A stretch of 64,000 nt of DNA from Escherichia coli (GTDB lineage: Bacteria; Pseudomonadota; Gammaproteobacteria; Enterobacterales; Enterobacteriaceae): NCBI RefSeq assembly GCF_024502345.1, contig NZ_JALDNN010000001.1; one strand, 5' to 3'. Of this stretch, positions 53,192 through 64,000 are shown in pieces. Each line of letters begins with the position of its first letter. The first letter of the stretch is position 1. Position numbers and translations under genes: made by a program. The notes under the pieces are model-generated. The model was not told the origin of the DNA. It did not search any database and saw nothing but the letters and a program-made list of their open reading frames with translations.

Positions 53192-54472
53192 ATGAATAAA
53201 CTCATTGAACTCAGACGCGCCAAAATGTTGGCGCTCTCTTTACTGCTTATCGCCGCTGCGACCTTTGTCGTTACGCTGTTTTTGCCGCCCAATTTTTGGG
53301 TGAGCGGCGTGAAGGCGATTGCCGAAGCGGCGATGGTCGGCGCGCTGGCGGACTGGTTTGCGGTGGTGGCGCTGTTTCGCCGCGTGCCGATCCCGATCAT
53401 TTCTCGCCATACGGCGATTATCCCGCGTAATAAAGACCGGATTGGCGAAAATCTCGGCCAGTTCGTGCAGGAAAAATTTCTTGATACTCAATCTCTGGTG
53501 GCATTGATTCGACGCCACGAACCGGCGTTGTTGATTGGCAACTGGTTTAGTCAGCCAGAAAACGCCCGCCGCGTTGGTCAGCATCTGTTGCAGATCATGA
53601 GCGGTTTTCTCGAATTAACTGATGATGCGCGTATTCAGCGCCTGCTTAAGCGCGCAGTCCATCGGGCGATTGATAAGGTCGATCTTTCCGGCACCAGTGC
53701 GTTGATGCTGGAGAGTATGACCAAAAACGATCGTCATCAGGTGCTGCTGGATACGCTGATCGCACAGTTGATCGCCCTTCTCCAGCGCGATAAATCGCGC
53801 AAGTTTATTGCCCAGCAAATTGTTCGCTGGCTGGAGAGCGAGCATCCGCTGAAAGCCAAAATTCTCCCCACCGAATGGTTGGGCGAACATAGCGCGGAGT
53901 TGGTTTCTGACGCGGTGAATTCTTTGCTTGATGATATCAGCCGCGATCGTGCGCATCAGATCCGCCATGCGTTTGATCGCGCCACTTTTGCCCTGATCGA
54001 CAAGCTGAAAAACGATCCGGAAATGGCAGCGCGAGCCGATGCCGTAAAAAGTTATCTGAAAGAAGATGAAGCTTTTAACCGCTATCTCAGTGAATTGTGG
54101 GGGGATTTACGGGAATGGCTGAAAGCGGATATCGACAGTGAAGATTCTCGTGTGAAAGAACGTATCGCGCGGGCGGGTCAATGGTTTGGCGAAACGTTAA
54201 TTGCCGATGATGCCTTGCGGGCGTCGTTAAATGGTCACCTGGAACAAGCCGCGCACCGCGTCGCGCCTGAGTTTTCTGCATTCCTGACGCGCCATATCAG
54301 CGATACGGTAAAAAGCTGGGATGCGCAGGATATGTCGCGGCAAATCGAGTTAAATATCGGCAAAGATCTGCAGTTTATCCGTGTCAACGGTACGCTGGTT
54401 GGCGGTTGTATTGGGCTAATTTTGTATTTGCTGTCGCAGCTCCCGGCCTTGTTCCCCCTCGGCAATTTTTAG
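53192..54472 (+). CDS. yjiN: DUF445-family inner-membrane protein YjiN
   Basis: 426 aa from [13 protein letters not shown]... Confidence 0.85.
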   Translation: MNKLIELRRAKMLALSLLLIAAATFVVTLFLPPNFWVSGVKAIAEAAMVGALADWFAVVALFRRVPIPIISRHTAIIPRNKDRIGENLGQFVQEKFLDTQSLVALIRRHEPALLIGNWFSQPENARRVGQHLLQIMSGFLELTDDARIQRLLKRAVHRAIDKVDLSGTSALMLESMTKNDRHQVLLDTLIAQLIALLQRDKSRKFIAQQIVRWLESEHPLKAKILPTEWLGEHSAELVSDAVNSLLDDISRDRAHQIRHAFDRATFALIDKLKNDPEMAARADAVKSYLKEDEAFNRYLSELWGDLREWLKADIDSEDSRVKERIARAGQWFGETLIADDALRASLNGHLEQAAHRVAPEFSAFLTRHISDTVKSWDAQDMSRQIELNIGKDLQFIRVNGTLVGGCIGLILYLLSQLPALFPLGNF

Positions 54473-54587
54473 AAATCCATGAAAAACTAAGTGGCTAACC
54501 GCGAGAGAGATCAAATAAACCATACTAAAAGAATGGTAATAATGTGGCCTCTTTTCATTATCTCCCGTGGTACGGGGAAGGAAAATC

Positions 54588-57695
<3,108 letters not shown>

Positions 57696-57762
57696 CAGAC
57701 TGGCATATTTCACCTTTTTGTTATTAACTTGTTAACAACAAAAATGACATACAAGGTTAAAC

Positions 57763-58941
57763 ATGCCTTCGTCCTCGCATCCCGTAGAACGCTTTTCTTT
57801 CAGCACCGCGCTTTTCGGGATGCTGGTTCTGACCTTAGGTATGGGATTAGGTCGCTTCCTTTATACGCCTATGTTGCCCGTCATGATGGCGGAAGGGGCG
57901 TTTTCATTTAGCCAGCTCTCGTGGATTGCCAGCGGCAACTATGCGGGGTATCTGGCTGGCAGTCTGCTATTTTCGTTTGGCGCATTTCACCAGCCGTCGC
58001 GCCTGCGCCCATTTCTGTTGGTTTCTGCCCTGGCGAGCGGGTTGTTGATCCTCGCAATGGCATGGTTGCCGCCATTTATTCTGGTGTTATTGATTCGCTT
58101 CCTGGCGGGTGTCGCCAGCGCCGGTATGCTGATTTTTGGTTCGACGCTGATTATGCAGCACACGCGCCATCCTTTTGTGCTGGCAGCTTTGTTTTCTGGC
58201 GTTGGCATTGGCATTGCACTGGGCAACGAATATGTTCTGGCAGGCCTGCATTTTGCCTTCTCCTCGCAAACGTTATGGCAAGGCGCCGGGGCGCTTTCTG
58301 GCATGATGCTGATTGCACTTACGCTTTTAATGCCCTCGAAAAAACACGCCATCGCACCAATGCCATTGGCAAAAACGGAGCAACAGATAATGAACTGGTG
58401 GTTACTGGCTATTCTGTACGGCCTGGCGGGATTTGGTTATATCATCGTCGCGACTTTCCTGCCGCTCATGGCGAAAGATGCAGGCTCACCATTGTTAACC
58501 GCCCATCTCTGGACGTTAGTCGGCTTATCAATTGTGCCAGGCTGCTTTGGCTGGCTATGGGCAGCAAAACGTTGGGGGGCTTTGCCTTGCCTGACGGCGA
58601 ATTTGCTGGTGCAGGCTATCAGTGTGCTGCTTACTCTCGCCAGCGACTCTCCTCTCTTGCTTATCATTAGTAGTATCGGTTTTGGCGGTACCTTTATGGG
58701 CACGACATCTCTGGTGATGACTATCGCCCGCCAACTGAGCGTTCCGGGAAATCTCAATCTTTTAGGCTTTGTGACGCTCATTTACGGCATTGGACAAATC
58801 CTCGGCCCGGCGCTGACCAGTATGCTCGGCAATGGAACATCGGCGCTTGCCGGCGCCACTCTCTGCGGCGCGGCGGCGTTGTTTATTGCTGCGCTTATCA
58901 GCACAGTACAATTATTTAAGCTGCAAGTGGTCACTTCATGA
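57763..58941 (+). CDS. yjiJ: MFS-like transporter YjiJ (DUF1228)
   Basis: 392-aa multi-TM ORF. Confidence 0.85.
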   Translation: MPSSSHPVERFSFSTALFGMLVLTLGMGLGRFLYTPMLPVMMAEGAFSFSQLSWIASGNYAGYLAGSLLFSFGAFHQPSRLRPFLLVSALASGLLILAMAWLPPFILVLLIRFLAGVASAGMLIFGSTLIMQHTRHPFVLAALFSGVGIGIALGNEYVLAGLHFAFSSQTLWQGAGALSGMMLIALTLLMPSKKHAIAPMPLAKTEQQIMNWWLLAILYGLAGFGYIIVATFLPLMAKDAGSPLLTAHLWTLVGLSIVPGCFGWLWAAKRWGALPCLTANLLVQAISVLLTLASDSPLLLIISSIGFGGTFMGTTSLVMTIARQLSVPGNLNLLGFVTLIYGIGQILGPALTSMLGNGTSALAGATLCGAAALFIAALISTVQLFKLQVVTS

Positions 58942-58953
58942 GGAGTGTTTCCC

Positions 58954-59508
58954 TTACCACTCAAGAAATTCGACCGCAACCGTTGATGTCAGCCAGACTC
59001 CGTTTTCCGCTTGCCAGAAAGGGATGCCTCGTTTCGCCATTTCCTGTGCTTTGACGGTTAAGATAACCGGCGATCCGTGTCTTGCTCCTACTTTGCGTGC
59101 CGTTGCTTCATCAGCAGAGAGATGCACGTAATGACGCTCCCCTGCAATCAGCCCCTGTTTTTTTATCTCGTCAAGGAAACGGCTTGCCGTACCGTGGTAG
59201 AGAAACTGTGGCGGTGTTTTTTCGGCAAAGGAAATGGCGACCTGCGAAGTCGAATGCCCCTGAACCGCGCGGATGCACCTACCATCACTGGAATAACTAA
59301 AACGTTTTTTATCACTGGTAGCGACCACGGTATCCAGCAATGCACGGGTTAACCGCTTGCCCGCTTTTTGGGCACAGAGTATAAGCTTATCGATATCCGC
59401 CCATCCTTCACGGTCAAGTACGATACCAATCGCCTCCGGTTTGTGTCGGAGGACAAAACTTAAAAACTTGCTCGTATCCGCCAGCTCTTTTTCGTTGTAC
59501 TTTGCCAT
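58954..59508 (-). CDS. kptA: RNA 2'-phosphotransferase (Tpt1 family)
   Basis: 184 aa from [25 protein letters not shown]... (Tpt1/KptA signature). Confidence 0.85.
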   Translation of the reverse strand: MAKYNEKELADTSKFLSFVLRHKPEAIGIVLDREGWADIDKLILCAQKAGKRLTRALLDTVVATSDKKRFSYSSDGRCIRAVQGHSTSQVAISFAEKTPPQFLYHGTASRFLDEIKKQGLIAGERHYVHLSADEATARKVGARHGSPVILTVKAQEMAKRGIPFWQAENGVWLTSTVAVEFLEW

Positions 59509-59757
59509 CTCGTTTTCGTCCCTGGATTTTCTGTTTTTATTTACTGATGTCATTGTCACTGGGTTTATGAATTTTCTGCAACTCAATCCTGCGCAGAGCC
59601 TTTTCCACACAGCATAATTTTTCCGCTATGCAAAAAACGCATAGCCAGAAACATACTTGCATTTTCCCCATACCCACATGGCTGATAAGGTTTTTCCGCT
59701 CCAGGAATTTTCCTGGCTCAAGCAACACACAAACACAAAAAAACAATGGGGATTGTT

Positions 59758-60441
59758 ATGACACAACAAGGGGATGCTGTAGCCGGGGAGCTGGCGACAG
59801 AAAAAGTGGGCATTAAAGGGTATCTGGCTTTTTTTCTCACCATAATCTTTTTTTCCGGTGTTTTTTCCGGAACAGACAGCTGGTGGCGCGTTTTTGATTT
59901 TTCCGTTCTGAACGGATCGTTTGGGCAACTGCCTGGTGCGAACGGAGCCACCACCTCATTTCGCGGGGCGGGTGGCGCGGGGGCTAAAGATGGCTTTCTC
60001 TTTGCGCTGGAGCTGGCACCGTCAGTCATTCTCTCTCTGGGGATTATTTCAATTACCGATGGTCTTGGTGGATTACGCGCCGCGCAGCAGTTAATGACGC
60101 CTGTGCTAAAACCGTTGTTGGGCATTCCAGGGATCTGCTCGCTGGCGCTGATCGCTAACCTGCAAAACACTGATGCCGCCGCCGGTATGACCAAAGAGCT
60201 GGCGCAGGAAGGGGAAATTACCGAACGCGATAAAGTGATTTTCGCCGCATATCAAACCAGCGGTAGCGCCATCATCACCAACTACTTCTCTTCCGGCGTC
60301 GCGGTGTTTGCCTTTCTGGGCACGTCCGTAATCGTACCTTTAGCCGTCATCCTGGTGTTTAAATTTGTCGGAGCCAACATTTTGCGCGTCTGGCTTAACT
60401 TCGAAGAACGTCGCAACCCAACGCAAGGAGCGCAAGCATGA
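59758..60441 (+). CDS. yjiH: Inner-membrane protein YjiH (nucleoside-recognition domain)
   Basis: 227 aa from the second ATG (MTQQGD...). Confidence 0.8.
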   Translation: MTQQGDAVAGELATEKVGIKGYLAFFLTIIFFSGVFSGTDSWWRVFDFSVLNGSFGQLPGANGATTSFRGAGGAGAKDGFLFALELAPSVILSLGIISITDGLGGLRAAQQLMTPVLKPLLGIPGICSLALIANLQNTDAAAGMTKELAQEGEITERDKVIFAAYQTSGSAIITNYFSSGVAVFAFLGTSVIVPLAVILVFKFVGANILRVWLNFEERRNPTQGAQA

Positions 60442-60899
60442 CAACTCAGGTCCGCAAAAATGTCATGGATATGTTTATCGATGGTGCGCGCCGTGGCTTT
60501 ACTATCGCCACGACCAACCTGCTGCCAAACGTGGTGATGGCGTTTGTCATCATTCAGGCGCTGAAAATTACCGGCCTGCTCGACTGGGTGGGGCATATCT
60601 GTGAACCCGTAATGGCGCTGTGGGGATTACCCGGTGAAGCGGCAACCGTCCTTTTAGCCGCATTAATGAGTATGGGCGGCGCAGTCGGTGTTGCCGCCAG
60701 TCTGGCGACCGCCGGCGCATTAACCGGTCACGATGTCACCGTTTTACTGCCCGCGATGTATTTAATGGGCAACCCGGTGCAAAATGTCGGTCGCTGCCTG
60801 GGGACAGCCGAAGTGAATGCCAAATATTACCCGCATATCATTACGGTCTGCGTGATTAACGCATTGCTGTCGATCTGGGTTATGCAGCTTATTGTTTAA
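60438..60899 (+). CDS. yjiG: Inner-membrane protein YjiG (SpmB-like)
   Basis: 153-aa ORF, ATGA overlap with yjiH. Confidence 0.85.
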   Translation: MTTQVRKNVMDMFIDGARRGFTIATTNLLPNVVMAFVIIQALKITGLLDWVGHICEPVMALWGLPGEAATVLLAALMSMGGAVGVAASLATAGALTGHDVTVLLPAMYLMGNPVQNVGRCLGTAEVNAKYYPHIITVCVINALLSIWVMQLIV

Positions 60900-60911
60900 C
60901 AAGGAGTTACC

Positions 60912-62084
60912 ATGATTGATTATACCGCAGCCGGTTTTACCCTGCTGCAGGGAGCGCATTTGTATGCGCCGGAAGATCGGGGAATTTGCGATGTCCTCGT
61001 CGCTAACGGCAAAATTATCGCCGTTGCCAGCAATATCCCTTCTGACATTGTACCGGACTGCACGGTTGTCGATCTCAGCGGGCAGATCCTCTGTCCTGGT
61101 TTTATTGATCAACACGTCCATTTGATTGGTGGTGGCGGCGAAGCAGGTCCCACGACGCGCACGCCAGAAGTGGCGCTAAGTCGCCTGACGGAAGCGGGCG
61201 TCACGTCAGTGGTTGGTCTGCTGGGCACCGACTCTATCTCTCGCCACCCGGAATCCCTGCTCGCCAAGACCCGTGCGCTCAATGAAGAAGGCATCAGCGC
61301 CTGGATGCTGACCGGCGCTTATCATGTCCCTTCCCGCACCATTACAGGTTCCGTGGAAAAAGACGTGGCGATTATCGATCGTGTGATTGGCGTGAAATGC
61401 GCCATCTCTGATCACCGTTCTGCCGCACCGGACGTTTATCACCTGGCTAATATGGCGGCGGAATCCCGCGTTGGCGGTTTGCTCGGCGGTAAACCTGGCG
61501 TCACCGTGTTCCACATGGGCGACAGCAAAAAGGCGTTACAGCCTGTCTATGACCTGCTGGAAAACTGCGATGTGCCGATCAGCAAGTTGCTGCCGACCCA
61601 CGTTAACCGCAACGTTCCGTTGTTTGAGCAGGCGCTGGAGTTCGCGCGCAAAGGCGGCACTATCGATATCACCAGCAGCATTGACGAACCGGTCGCCCCT
61701 GCCGAAGGTATTGCCCGCGCCGTTCAGGCGGGTATTCCGCTGGCACGCGTCACCCTCAGCTCCGACGGCAACGGTAGCCAGCCGTTCTTCGATGACGAAG
61801 GGAATTTAACCCATATCGGTGTTGCCGGTTTTGAAACGTTGCTGGAAACCGTGCAGGTGCTGGTCAAAGACTATGATTTCAGTATCAGCGATGCCCTGCG
61901 CCCGCTCACCAGTAGCGTAGCCGGTTTCCTTAACCTGACCGGGAAAGGCGAAATTCTGCCAGGCAATGATGCTGACTTGCTGGTCATGACGCCAGAACTG
62001 CGCATTGAGCAGGTATACGCTCGCGGCAAACTGATGGTCAAAGACGGCAAAGCCTGCGTGAAAGGAACGTTTGAAACGGCTTAA
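60912..62084 (+). CDS. iadA: Isoaspartyl dipeptidase (amidohydrolase superfamily)
   Basis: 390-aa ORF with metal-binding HVHLIGGGG motif. Confidence 0.9.
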   Translation: MIDYTAAGFTLLQGAHLYAPEDRGICDVLVANGKIIAVASNIPSDIVPDCTVVDLSGQILCPGFIDQHVHLIGGGGEAGPTTRTPEVALSRLTEAGVTSVVGLLGTDSISRHPESLLAKTRALNEEGISAWMLTGAYHVPSRTITGSVEKDVAIIDRVIGVKCAISDHRSAAPDVYHLANMAAESRVGGLLGGKPGVTVFHMGDSKKALQPVYDLLENCDVPISKLLPTHVNRNVPLFEQALEFARKGGTIDITSSIDEPVAPAEGIARAVQAGIPLARVTLSSDGNGSQPFFDDEGNLTHIGVAGFETLLETVQVLVKDYDFSISDALRPLTSSVAGFLNLTGKGEILPGNDADLLVMTPELRIEQVYARGKLMVKDGKACVKGTFETA

Positions 62085-62148
62085 ACGGTTGTCAGCCGCC
62101 CGAATGGACGTAGAATGCCCGCAAGGGCGGCTGACAGAGTAAAACGTA

Positions 62149-63060
62149 ATGGATGACTGTGGTGCGATTTTGCATAATATTGAAACCAAATGGCTTTATG
62201 ATTTTCTGACCCTGGAAAAATGCCGCAATTTTTCCCAGGCGGCAGTCAGTCGCAACGTCTCGCAACCGGCATTCAGCCGCCGCATCCGTGCGCTGGAACA
62301 GGCGATTGGTGTTGAATTGTTTAACCGCCAGGTAACGCCGCTGCAACTCTCAGAACAAGGGAAAATCTTCCATTCGCAGATCCGCCATCTGTTGCAACAG
62401 TTAGAGAGCAATCTGGCAGAGCTGCGTGGCGGCAGCGATTACGCGCAACGAAAAATCAAGATAGCCGCTGCACACTCTCTTTCCCTCGGGCTGTTACCGT
62501 CCATTATCAGCCAGATGCCGCCGCTCTTTACCTGGGCAATTGAAGCTATTGATGTCGATGAAGCGGTCGATAAACTGCGTGAAGGGCAAAGTGACTGTAT
62601 TTTTTCCTTTCACGACGAAGATTTGCTGGAAGCGCCGTTTGACCACATTCGCTTATTTGAATCTCAATTGTTCCCTGTCTGCGCCAGTGACGAACACGGA
62701 GAAGCACTTTTTAACCTCGCGCAGCCACACTTTCCGTTACTGAATTACAGCCGCAACTCCTACATGGGGCGATTGATTAATCGCACCCTGACGCGCCACA
62801 GTGAGTTAAGTTTCAGCACCTTTTTTGTCTCTTCGATGAGCGAGCTTTTAAAGCAGGTTGCCCTCGACGGCTGTGGGATTGCCTGGCTGCCGGAGTACGC
62901 CATCCAACAAGAAATTCGCAGCGGGAAGCTCGTTGTACTGAATCGGGACGAACTGGTGATCCCGATTCAGGCCTATGCATACCGAATGAATACCCGCATG
63001 AATCCAGTTGCCGAACGCTTCTGGCGTGAACTGCGCGAGCTGGAGATTGTGCTTAGCTGA
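62149..63060 (+). CDS. hypT: LysR-type hypochlorite-responsive regulator HypT (YjiE)
   Basis: 303-aa ORF with N-terminal LysR HTH ([32 protein letters not shown]). Confidence 0.85.
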   Translation: MDDCGAILHNIETKWLYDFLTLEKCRNFSQAAVSRNVSQPAFSRRIRALEQAIGVELFNRQVTPLQLSEQGKIFHSQIRHLLQQLESNLAELRGGSDYAQRKIKIAAAHSLSLGLLPSIISQMPPLFTWAIEAIDVDEAVDKLREGQSDCIFSFHDEDLLEAPFDHIRLFESQLFPVCASDEHGEALFNLAQPHFPLLNYSRNSYMGRLINRTLTRHSELSFSTFFVSSMSELLKQVALDGCGIAWLPEYAIQQEIRSGKLVVLNRDELVIPIQAYAYRMNTRMNPVAERFWRELRELEIVLS

Positions 63061-63445
63061 CATTCTCCAGCATCGCACTACACCAACCGCCATTATCCCA
63101 GACCAGATCAAACGTTAGCGGTTCACCGTCGTGGTACAGCATTATCTCAAGGCTGATCGCCAGAGTGTGGCAGTACGCTTCTTTAAAATTAACCTGCAAC
63201 GCCGCAATCCGTGGCTCATGAAATAACAGTGCAGAACGCAGCTGACGGCAATACCAGCTCTGGAGATGTTTGTCGCTCTGGTTATGCACTTGCCACTCTG
63301 GCATGCCTGAAACAAGTAATGACGGTAATGCCGAATGAGGAGAATTAAAAAGAGTGAGGATATCGCTGCATACCGATTTACGCAGCAATGACGTTTTATT
63401 GCCTGAAATTTCAGGTAAAACAGCCTGAAGTGATTGGCGCATCAT
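63053..63445 (-). CDS. iraD: Anti-adapter protein IraD (stabilises RpoS)
   Basis: 130 aa from [17 protein letters not shown]...; convergent overlap with hypT. Confidence 0.85.
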   Translation of the reverse strand: MMRQSLQAVLPEISGNKTSLLRKSVCSDILTLFNSPHSALPSLLVSGMPEWQVHNQSDKHLQSWYCRQLRSALLFHEPRIAALQVNFKEAYCHTLAISLEIMLYHDGEPLTFDLVWDNGGWCSAMLENVS

Positions 63446-64000
63446 TTTGCGCACTCCTGACGTTTAGCAACATATGCGGCTTGCCCTGAACACCGGGCAC
63501 CACAGTATTGATGCTCATTTTCCATAGCCATTCCCTTTTGTTCATTACATCCATGTCAGTCTGAGACAGGCCTGAATCCTGTCAGCAAAGTATAAAACCT
63601 TACTTGCCTATGAATATCTACTGACTTTTCAGGAAAAAAGTCATGATTTGATAAAAATCATCAAACTCAAAAAAAAACCGCTAGTATATTCTGAATATTC
63701 CGAATAGTTACGTAGATGAAAATACTTGTCACCGCCGCTACTTAATTCCGGTGGAAAATTATTTATTTCCGCATAATCAGCCATGTATTATTTGAAACAA
63801 TTAGTTTGTAAATAATATAAATTGATAACATATCAAATACATCAAAAATACCATTCACAGGCATTATTAACATAGACCTCAATATAGCAACATCAAATTC
63901 CAATTAGTAATAAGATATGCTTTTTAATTGCATGCAAATAATTTTAAATGAGCGTTTTTTGATACTTTAGAGTGTTTCCCACCCTTTAATATCACCATGT

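Noticed and set aside
57921-58670. 249-aa alternative-frame ORF inside yjiJ
   Set aside because: Same-strand alternative frame of the yjiJ transporter ORF; Arg/Cys/Trp-rich artefact.
59718-60194. 158-aa minus-strand ORF spanning the yjiH start region
   Set aside because: Antisense to yjiH and its promoter; no SD and a Pro/Ala-rich product.

Overview
This window reads as Escherichia coli chromosomal DNA in the orientation opposite to the K-12 reference map, from a non-K-12 lineage. Identifications are from reading the ORF-track translations and the DNA; no database search was run. Core gene order: yjjG-rimI-holD / rsmC / leuQ-leuP-leuV tRNA-Leu(CAG) triplet / yjjZ / fhuF / bglJ-yjjQ / yjjP-yjjB-dnaT-dnaC-yjjA / opgB / lgoD-lgoR-lgoT / tsr / [hpa cluster] / btsT-yjiX-yjiA / [variable defense locus] / yjiS-yjiR / rpnD / mdtM-yjiN-yjiM-yjiL-yjiK-yjiJ / kptA / yjiH-yjiG-iadA / hypT / iraD. 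Accessory content: (1) at the left edge, the end of an integrative element beside yjjG, with a P4-family tyrosine integrase, a short SIR2-like ORF and the 3' end of a lambda-CI-like repressor gene; (2) an IS30 copy (1221 bp, 2-bp GC target duplication) splitting yjjQ; (3) the complete hpaR / hpaGEDFHI / hpaX / hpaA / hpaBC 4-hydroxyphenylacetate cluster between tsr and btsT, punctuated by REP elements; (4) a rebuilt immigration-control region between yjiA and yjiS, with no recognisable mrr, symE or mcrBC. In their place, on the minus strand, sit a GmrSD-like (DUF262 + DUF1524) type IV restriction enzyme, a 57-aa ORF, a Fic/Doc-family protein with Gln at the catalytic His position, and a BrnA-like (DUF4415) protein. 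These are followed on the plus strand by a type I R-M operon in M-S-R order with an unusually long HsdM, and a very AT-rich five-helix membrane protein closed by a 14-bp perfect hairpin. The best candidates for an undescribed system are the Fic/Doc-like module and the AT-rich membrane gene beside hsdR, with the SIR2-like ORF in the integrase-proximal slot third. No CRISPR array or rRNA gene was seen.
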